Both the position numbers and the translations under genes were made by a program. From assembly GCA_947495425.1 (NCBI GenBank), contig CANLYR010000022.1, forward strand, positions 360 to 64,359: 64,000 nucleotides of DNA, written 5' to 3'. Under the pieces are notes generated by a model, which was not told where the DNA came from, made no database searches, and was given only the letters and a program-made list of their open reading frames with translations. Positions 57,191-64,000 of the stretch are shown here, in pieces; position 1 is the first letter of the stretch, and the number at the start of each line of letters is the position of its first letter. The DNA comes from an uncultured Aquimarina sp. (lineage in GTDB: Bacteria; Bacteroidota; Bacteroidia; Flavobacteriales; Flavobacteriaceae).

Positions 57191-58528
57191 CTACGCTACT
57201 ACCCCCTCCTGAATTTGAAATAATTTTTCGTTTAAGAATCGTAGTGTAGGTATCTTGTCTTTGGTATCTACTAGAATAGATATGTTATTATTACTACCGC
57301 CATAAGAAACCATACGAACAGGAATGTAGTTTAGTATTTCAAAAAGGCGATATGAGTTTTTATCATTTATAACAGACTCGCCAACAATACAGATAATACT
57401 GTGTTCTTGTTCTACGGTAACTTCTGCATACCCTTGTATTTCTTTTACAATTTCATCCAGATTGCTTGTATTATCAATGGTTAGTGATATCGCTATTTCT
57501 GAAGTTGTAATCATATCAATAGAGGTATTAAAATTATCGAATACCTCAAATATTCTCCTTAAATATCCATGAGCCATCAACATTCTGTTTGATTTTATCT
57601 TGATCGCCGTAATCCCATCTTTTGCTGATATTGCTTTAAGCCCTTTTTTATATGTCTTATTAGAGATAACAGTACCAGGCGCTTCTGGATCAAAAGTGTT
57701 TTTCAATAGTACCGGAATATCCTTTCCTACTACTGGTGAAACGGTTTGTGGATGAAGAATTTTAGCCCCAAAATAGGCTAACTCTGCAGCTTCATTATAC
57801 GTTAAGTGTGCTATGGGATGTGTTTGATCTACATATCGTGGATCATTATTATGCAATCCATCAATATCAGTCCAAATCTGTACTTCAGACGCATCCAGAG
57901 CCGAACCTATAATTGTAGCCGTATAATCACTACCCCCCCTCTTTAAATGACTAATTTGTCCCGCTTCGTCTCTACAAACAAATCCCTGAGTAATATAAAT
58001 CTTAGATTGAATATTGTCTTCCAGTATTTTGGTTAATTTTTTAGCAACTTTATTAATGTTTGGATTATCAACAGCATCAACATACATAAATTCTTTAGCA
58101 TCCAATAACACGTTAGTTATATTGATTGCATTCAAAAATCCTGAAAAAATATAGGTCAAAAGTGTTTCTCCGTAGGTTACAATTTTTGAATTGACAGTTT
58201 CAGAATATTCCTGGCTAGAAATTTCAAACATCTCAGTAATTATAGCAGAAACCCCATCTTTGAGTGTGTTCTTAACGCCTTGTTCTTCGATTAGCTGATC
58301 TATAACATCATAATGTTTACTTTCTAACTTATGTAAATTTCGCGTTACTGCTTCCGCATCACCATATTTAATGTTTTCTACTAGTCGTAACAGCTGATCT
58401 GTAACTCCAGACATCGCTGAGCATACTACTATTTTATCTTCCTGATCTGCTGTAAGTATTTCTCTAACTCTATGTAAATTTTCAACCGACCCTACAGAAG
58501 TCCCACCAAACTTTAAAATTTTCATCAA
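57191..58528 (-). CDS. lysC: aspartate kinase
   Basis: KFGGTSVG, GGSDYTA, KILHPQT and tandem C-terminal ACT domains. Confidence 0.9.
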   Translation of the reverse strand: MMKILKFGGTSVGSVENLHRVREILTADQEDKIVVCSAMSGVTDQLLRLVENIKYGDAEAVTRNLHKLESKHYDVIDQLIEEQGVKNTLKDGVSAIITEMFEISSQEYSETVNSKIVTYGETLLTYIFSGFLNAINITNVLLDAKEFMYVDAVDNPNINKVAKKLTKILEDNIQSKIYITQGFVCRDEAGQISHLKRGGSDYTATIIGSALDASEVQIWTDIDGLHNNDPRYVDQTHPIAHLTYNEAAELAYFGAKILHPQTVSPVVGKDIPVLLKNTFDPEAPGTVISNKTYKKGLKAISAKDGITAIKIKSNRMLMAHGYLRRIFEVFDNFNTSIDMITTSEIAISLTIDNTSNLDEIVKEIQGYAEVTVEQEHSIICIVGESVINDKNSYRLFEILNYIPVRMVSYGGSNNNISILVDTKDKIPTLRFLNEKLFQIQEGVVA

Positions 58529-58635
58529 TTCTAAATTCTATTATTATTACACTGCATAGTTAATTAATAACATACAAAGAATAAATATTTTAAAATAAAA
58601 TATGTAAATTAGCACAATATGTTAAATATATAACA

Positions 58636-59280
58636 ATGAAAACTATTACAGACTGTGTTCACAACATTCTTCGCCATCAACCTTTTCTTGAAGATGCGTT
58701 ATCACGAGATATTATAAATTTTAGCTCTCTGGCTACAGATTTACTCCCACAAGTAGAGAAAATAATGAGGAAACCTGTGAAATCAGGTTCTATAGTTATG
58801 GCGCTACGCCGATATAATCCCAAAAGGATTAAATACATTGACAATTTAAGAAACTTAGGAGATATTGTAGTACGATCGGGTATCACCGAATATACCTTCT
58901 TAAACTCTAATACCATTCTCACCAGCCAGACTAATCTTTTGCATAGTGTAAAAAATGAAGCTAAGGCATATTTTACCTATTCTAGTAATTTTCAGGAAAG
59001 TAATATATTGGTAACTTCCTCTCTTAAAGATATTGTAGAGAAGCATTTCAAAGGTGAAACTTGTATTTCTGTAGCTGATAATCTTTCTTCTATGTCCATT
59101 GCGCTACCCGAAGACAACTCTAAATCTATAGGACTATACTTTTATATTTTTAAATTACTAGCTTATGAGGGTATTCCTGTTTTTGAAGTCATTTCTACCT
59201 CTAATTATTTCACACTATTTTTGGAAAAAGAGCATGTAAACAAGGCTTTTTTATTAATGAATGAGATAAAAGAAGATTAA
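58636..59280 (+). CDS. hypothetical protein with an ACT-like C-terminal half
   Basis: MSIALPEDNSKSIGLYFYIFKLLAYEGIPVFEVISTSNYFTLFLEKEHVNKAF resembles an aspartokinase-type ACT module. Divergent from lysC. Confidence 0.4.
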   Translation: MKTITDCVHNILRHQPFLEDALSRDIINFSSLATDLLPQVEKIMRKPVKSGSIVMALRRYNPKRIKYIDNLRNLGDIVVRSGITEYTFLNSNTILTSQTNLLHSVKNEAKAYFTYSSNFQESNILVTSSLKDIVEKHFKGETCISVADNLSSMSIALPEDNSKSIGLYFYIFKLLAYEGIPVFEVISTSNYFTLFLEKEHVNKAFLLMNEIKED

Positions 59281-59356
59281 GTAATCAATCTTTACATAAC
59301 CAAAAATCAAAACTCGCTGTGTCTGCCTAATGTAGGATTATCAAGTAAAAACAAAA

Positions 59357-59378
59357 AACCCTGCTTATAAACAGGGTT
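59357..59378. terminator. bidirectional terminator between convergent genes
   Basis: AACCCTG-CTTATAAA-CAGGGTT, flanked by an A run on the left and a T-rich segment on the right. Confidence 0.6.
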
Positions 59379-59405
59379 AGTTTTGACCAATGCTTTTTTA
59401 CTTCA

Positions 59406-61475
59406 TTACCATATGTGTACTCTTTTCTCTGGTGTAAGGTACATTGTATCTCCTTCTTTAATATCGAATGCTGTATAAAAAGCTTCAATATTTAGTAATG
59501 GCTGAATTGCTCTTGTAGCTCCTGGGGAATGTGGATCTGTTTTTATTTGGGTTCTCAAAGCATCTTCTCTGGATTTTGTTCTCCATACCGTAGCCCAAGA
59601 CATAAAAAATCGTTGTTCTGCAGTAAATCCGTCGATATCTTCTGGTCTACCATGTTCTTCAAAATTCATTTGTAATCCATCATACGCACCTAATACCCCA
59701 CCTAAATCTCCGATATTTTCTCCAAGAGTAAACTTACCGTTGATAAAAACACTATCCAATACTTCTATGGCGCTATACTGTTCTGCTAATGCATTTCCTC
59801 TTTCTGTAAATTTCTGAAGATCATCTTCTGACCACCAGTTAGATAAGTTTCCATTAGCATCAAAACGTGCTCCAGAATCATCAAATGCATGTGATATTTC
59901 ATGACCGATTACCGCTCCTATACCTCCATAATTAACCGCATCGTCTGCCATGTAATTATAAAAAGGAGGTTGCAGAATCGCTGCAGGGAATACAATTTCA
60001 TTAAATAATGGATTGAAATAAGCATCAACGGTTTGAGGAGACATGTCCCACTCTGTTTTGTCTACTGGTTCACCTATTTCCGCTATATTTTTCTTAAACG
60101 ACCATTCTGTTACCGCAATCATATTCTCAAAATTAGAATTTCCTTCTTTGACCTCTAATGCCGAATAATCTTCCCATGTATCTGGATATCCAATTTTCAC
60201 TGTAAACTTATCAAGTTTTTCTATTGCTCTAGTTTTAGTACTGTCGTTCATCCAATCTAATTTTTCTATTCTTTTTTGATACGCTTTAATGATATTTGCG
60301 ATCATTTTTTCAGCTTTAGCTTTGGCTTCTGGCGGAAATTTAGCATCAACATATAATTGCCCGATGGCTTCGCCTACAGATCTGTTTACATTAGACAAGG
60401 CACGCTCTTCTAAGGGGCGCTGTTTTTTTGCTCCTCTAAGTGTTTTACTATAGAAATCCCAATTTGCTTTATCGATATCTGTAGAAAGGGAGCTTGTCGC
60501 ATTATTTAATGTCGACCAGCGCATTACGGTTTTTAGATCTTCTAGGTTTGTATTTGTTAATATTTCTTGTAGCGCTTTCATGTACTTAGGCTGCATAACA
60601 ATTACAGTATCGAGTTGTTTCTTCACCCCTAGTTCTGTCATTAACTTATTCCAGTTTATTGCCGGAGTTATTTTTGAAAGTTCTGTAACAGCCATTGGAT
60701 TATTAAAATTGCGAACATCACGGCTTTGAACTTTGTCCAGTCTTGGCTCTGCTAATTTGGTTTCGATATCCAAAATAGTGGCAGCAGCTTTGCTAGCCTG
60801 ATCCTTAGAATCACCTAAGAATTGAAGCATTCTAGTGATATGATCAACGTACTGCACTCTAATTTCTTTTGATTTTTCATCTTGGTCCAAATAGTAGTCG
60901 CGTTCTGGCAACCCTAAATCTGCGGTAGCGATGTAAGGAGCATTAATCTCACTATTACTTAAATCCGGAAAAGAAACTAATCCAACGTATGGTGAAGATA
61001 TTGCTGATTCTGTAGCAAGTACGGTTTGCAAATCTTCGATTGTCTTAATTGAAGCAATTTTATCTAATGCTGATTGCAGCGGTGTTACTCCTGCTTTATC
61101 TCTGGCTACAGTATCCATTATAGACTCAAAAATCAATAATGCTTTGTGTTGATCTGTATCGCTAGCGTACTTTCCACTAGATTTTGCTTCTTCAATAATG
61201 TCAAGTACATCATCGTCGGTTTTCTTTCTCAAAACACCAAAGCCTCCCCAACTAGTTCTATCTTCGGGGATTTCAGTTGTTTTCATCCAATTACCATTTA
61301 CATAATTGTAGAAATCATCTTTAGGGCTAATACTAGTATCCATATTTTCAAGTACTATTCCAGGTATTTTTTCTACTTCAGCTACATCTTTATCTTCCTT
61401 AGTTTCATTTTTACAACTCACAAAAGCAAGAACAAATGCAGCTAAAAAATATAGATTTTTCATTTTTATATTCAT
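59406..61475 (-). CDS. M13 family zinc metallopeptidase (PepO/endothelin-converting-enzyme-like), lipoprotein
   Basis: HEISHAFD zinc motif, GENIGDLGG, C-terminal RVHIW. Signal peptide plus lipobox FVSC. Confidence 0.9.
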   Translation of the reverse strand: MNIKMKNLYFLAAFVLAFVSCKNETKEDKDVAEVEKIPGIVLENMDTSISPKDDFYNYVNGNWMKTTEIPEDRTSWGGFGVLRKKTDDDVLDIIEEAKSSGKYASDTDQHKALLIFESIMDTVARDKAGVTPLQSALDKIASIKTIEDLQTVLATESAISSPYVGLVSFPDLSNSEINAPYIATADLGLPERDYYLDQDEKSKEIRVQYVDHITRMLQFLGDSKDQASKAAATILDIETKLAEPRLDKVQSRDVRNFNNPMAVTELSKITPAINWNKLMTELGVKKQLDTVIVMQPKYMKALQEILTNTNLEDLKTVMRWSTLNNATSSLSTDIDKANWDFYSKTLRGAKKQRPLEERALSNVNRSVGEAIGQLYVDAKFPPEAKAKAEKMIANIIKAYQKRIEKLDWMNDSTKTRAIEKLDKFTVKIGYPDTWEDYSALEVKEGNSNFENMIAVTEWSFKKNIAEIGEPVDKTEWDMSPQTVDAYFNPLFNEIVFPAAILQPPFYNYMADDAVNYGGIGAVIGHEISHAFDDSGARFDANGNLSNWWSEDDLQKFTERGNALAEQYSAIEVLDSVFINGKFTLGENIGDLGGVLGAYDGLQMNFEEHGRPEDIDGFTAEQRFFMSWATVWRTKSREDALRTQIKTDPHSPGATRAIQPLLNIEAFYTAFDIKEGDTMYLTPEKRVHIW

Positions 61476-61673
61476 TCTATTATTATATTAAGATTAGTTA
61501 TTAGGGATACGACGCAAAAATTGAGAATTCGTTACAAATAATAAGCATACAATTTATAGAAATTGAAGAGTGCTTCGAGAATAAAGATCATTTTTTAACT
61601 AAAAAACAACAAAAACATTGGTAATCACTTTATTAAATTGGTAATTGATATACTATTTTTAATAGTGCAGGTG

Positions 61674-62129
61674 TTATTTTAGTAATCTAGTATCAAAGGA
61701 AAAAGGTTCTACACCTAGTAATTTTACTTTATTAAATTTAGGATGTTGTGGGTTAATCAATAGATTTTGTTCTTTAGGAATAATAATACTAGGCACTTTA
61801 AGTCCTAAATATTGTTCATCGGTTATCCATTGCACCGAAAAACTCTGAACCTCTATAGGTGCAGGGATTTTATTCCAATCATTGGGTAATTCTTTTACAT
61901 CAACTTTAATAATTAGACTATCTGGTATTTCTATGGATGCAATCGCCATATCATCAGGAAAATATGCTGCTGGCAGATGTGCCAAAACCTCAAGAGCTGA
62001 GAGTGCAGCTGTTGTACTGGTATATAACATAGCTACTCCTTTTGGATTCCATCTTCCGCCAACGGTTTTTGCTCCGATTCCTGTAAGGTCTTTAATATAT
62101 TTTTGTTTCGCTATTCTGTATACTTGCAT
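61674..62129 (-). CDS. RES domain toxin
   Basis: GGRWNPKG (Arg), ALSALEVLAH (Glu) and LKVPSIIIP (Ser) contexts. Confidence 0.85.
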   Translation of the reverse strand: MQVYRIAKQKYIKDLTGIGAKTVGGRWNPKGVAMLYTSTTAALSALEVLAHLPAAYFPDDMAIASIEIPDSLIIKVDVKELPNDWNKIPAPIEVQSFSVQWITDEQYLGLKVPSIIIPKEQNLLINPQHPKFNKVKLLGVEPFSFDTRLLK

Positions 62130-62581
62130 TATGCAAAAATTCCATGCTCTATACGCACCAATTCTTCACTAAGAAGTTGAAAGCCAAAGGTAGTATCTAA
62201 TAATTCTTTAGGTTTTTTCATGGCCAGGGCAACGCTAGGGTGCTCCATCCAGTTTTTGAAACGGTTAAGATCTCCGAATATACTCTCTCCTTTGGCATAC
62301 AGCTTGGCAAGTTGAAGAGCTTTAGCACTAGCTTCTGTACTTAATTTTTTGTTTAAATCATACCGCTGAATAGTACGCTCGGATATATGCAGTACATGAG
62401 CCAATTCTTTCAGGTCAAAATCTATTGTTTTGGCCAAATGTAATAATGCTTTTTTATCTATGCCATTTCTTGACAACTCGATGAAATCATACATATTACG
62501 CAAGGGTATATCTATATTGAGATACCGTAATAATCCCTTATTTTCAAAACTATCAAAATCTAGTGGAGATACCGCGCCCAT
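62129..62581 (-). CDS. Xre-like antitoxin with a DUF2384 (MbcA/ParS-type) toxin-binding domain
   Basis: HTH LAHVLHISERTIQRY, C-terminal PKELLDTTFGFQLLSEELVRIEHGIFA. There is a 1-nt overlap with the RES gene. Confidence 0.85.
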   Translation of the reverse strand: MGAVSPLDFDSFENKGLLRYLNIDIPLRNMYDFIELSRNGIDKKALLHLAKTIDFDLKELAHVLHISERTIQRYDLNKKLSTEASAKALQLAKLYAKGESIFGDLNRFKNWMEHPSVALAMKKPKELLDTTFGFQLLSEELVRIEHGIFA

Positions 62582-62627
62582 ACTTTCTTATTTTATGACA
62601 AAAATACAAAAAATAACGACACTTGTC

Positions 62628-63965
62628 TTAATTAATTAATAAAATTGAGTCTAATTTTTTACTAACCTCGTCCAATCTTGCTTCCATAGAGCGTATTGCA
62701 ACCGTAGAAAGATATCTTCCGAGTGGTAAAACCGGTTTGATCAAAGGGTTTTGATCATCAATATTTTTGAAAGGAAGCAGAGTTATGGGCGTAGGTGTTA
62801 ATTTAATTGCACAGCAATCCCCTAGCCTTTGGATTATTTCTTGAGTATGACCATATCGTACATTTTGTAGTGTTGTTAAGGGTGCAGCAAATTGTGTTTG
62901 TGTTTTTATTATTTTTCGATCTTCATCATTAGAGATAATCAAATGCTTGATCTTCATTTTATCTCGTAGTGATGGAAAAGAATCTCGTACTATTCGTTTA
63001 AAAACTTCTTCAATACCTTTGGAAACCCTACCACCAATATTATCATAATATCCAGCATCAGCATATTGATCAGAATATGTATTGTTTGATTTTGAAATTT
63101 TCCTTACTTCACCGACTGGTGTAATGTATGGAAAGCTTGCATTTACCCTCATAGCGGTCGATAGACTAATAGACATATTAGGATAGCTAGACTGCAAATT
63201 ATCTATAAAATCATTCATTCCGGCAAATTGCTCCAAATGAGAATACCTAACAGGGCTTATCAAATTATAATTTCCGGTTTGCGTGTGTGTAGTATTAATC
63301 AAAAGTAATGGCGGAATTTTTTGACCCGTTATCTTTCCTGATGAAGTAATTGCATGACTATAAAAAGATAAAAACTCTTTTTGTAAAACAGCGTCATTCT
63401 CCTTTCTTGAGAAGTATTTTTTGTGTGCATGATCCCATTGTTCTTCTAATAATTGCCCTCTATTCTTAAAACCAAACAGACCGGTAATCTCTTTAAACAA
63501 ATCTCTACCTAATAATGACAAAAGAGCAATTGACAAATAATTCTCTTTATAGACAGCACTTGCTTTATATTTTAAATACGGATATTCATGAGGATGAGAA
63601 AACTCAAAACTGGAGGTATCAATGGTAGCGGAAGCATTTTGAGCCTCGCTAAAGAACATTGCATTTCCAACACTACCCCCAGAAGCTCCGGCAAATGAGA
63701 GTACGTTTTCTGTAAAATATTTTCCATTAGATTGTTCATATAAATAACTATGCACTAAAAAAGACCATAGACCCGCCCTAGATCCACCACCTTCTGCCGA
63801 AACTAGGATCACAGGAAAATCAGTGCTCTTATTTTTTATCAAATCTTGTCTGTTTTCGATCCATTTATACACATATGTATCCAACGTTGGTCTGGTCATT
63901 TTTGTAGGCTCTAAATCGAGGTGATAATGATCAGAGTTCTCAGAAAAGAAATGAGCAGAAAGCAA
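62628..63965 (-). CDS. patatin-like phospholipase family protein (N terminus may extend past the window edge)
   Basis: Oxyanion-hole GGGSRAG, nucleophile elbow GASGGS, and a later DAGYYDNIGG Asp context. Confidence 0.7.
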   Translation of the reverse strand: MLSAHFFSENSDHYHLDLEPTKMTRPTLDTYVYKWIENRQDLIKNKSTDFPVILVSAEGGGSRAGLWSFLVHSYLYEQSNGKYFTENVLSFAGASGGSVGNAMFFSEAQNASATIDTSSFEFSHPHEYPYLKYKASAVYKENYLSIALLSLLGRDLFKEITGLFGFKNRGQLLEEQWDHAHKKYFSRKENDAVLQKEFLSFYSHAITSSGKITGQKIPPLLLINTTHTQTGNYNLISPVRYSHLEQFAGMNDFIDNLQSSYPNMSISLSTAMRVNASFPYITPVGEVRKISKSNNTYSDQYADAGYYDNIGGRVSKGIEEVFKRIVRDSFPSLRDKMKIKHLIISNDEDRKIIKTQTQFAAPLTTLQNVRYGHTQEIIQRLGDCCAIKLTPTPITLLPFKNIDDQNPLIKPVLPLGRYLSTVAIRSMEARLDEVSKKLDSILLIN

Positions 63966-64000
63966 ACACGAAATAAAAATAATTGAGAATAATGGTAATT

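Noticed and set aside
58529-58635. Lysine riboswitch upstream of lysC
   Set aside because: The spacer is only 107 bp and extremely AT-rich, with no room or conserved helices for an L-box.
1-64000. Search for tRNA, rRNA, CRISPR arrays, integrases, transposases or prophage genes
   Set aside because: No cloverleaf-like GC-rich 70-90-nt segments, rRNA-like stretches, regularly spaced 25-40-bp repeats, or recombinase-like ORFs were seen in any spacer or ORF.

Overview
This low-GC window (about one-third G+C by eye) looks like Flavobacteriia/Bacteroidota chromosome. Supporting signs are a T9SS C-terminal sorting tail, a Bacteroidota-type arg operon that starts with a GNAT gene and contains an N-acylornithine carbamoyltransferase, and SD-poor starts. 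Almost all genes are on the minus strand.

Gene content from left to right:
- Left end: small heat-shock protein, lipoproteins, a GNAT, and mscS-like plus mgtE.
- An orphan accessory patch at 6.5-11.4 kb.
- A T9SS beta-helix protein and an S8 peptidase, separated by a repeat-rich spacer.
- An acetate locus: acs, a receiver-only response regulator, an SLC5-fused histidine kinase, an ActP-like symporter with its DUF4212 partner, and a porin.
- A TIM-barrel isomerase and a PfkB kinase.
- A nine-gene arg/proC operon.
- An ilvD-B-N-C-A operon with a clear Ile/Val leader-peptide attenuator.
- A LuxR/HisKA_3 two-component system.
- pxpABC plus an NRAMP transporter.
- comM/yifB, lysC and an M13 peptidase.
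- A RES-Xre toxin-antitoxin pair and a patatin-like protein at the right edge.

No rRNA, tRNA, CRISPR array, integrase or transposase was recognised.

The most interesting signals are:
1. A translationally coupled trio at 7559-9476: a GHKL ATPase, a DUF4325-like STAS protein and a 2-TM protein, with no sigma factor nearby. It is followed by a possible HEPN-like orphan gene.
2. A mirror-symmetric array of 7+7 CTTCCCCG/CGGGGAAG cores with 21-bp phasing at 10601-10875, next to a GC-rich orphan gene.
3. A family of GC-rich REP-like hairpins and 140-bp repeats.
4. Possible tandem attenuators upstream of ilvD.

All functional calls come from motif recognition by eye. No database search was run.
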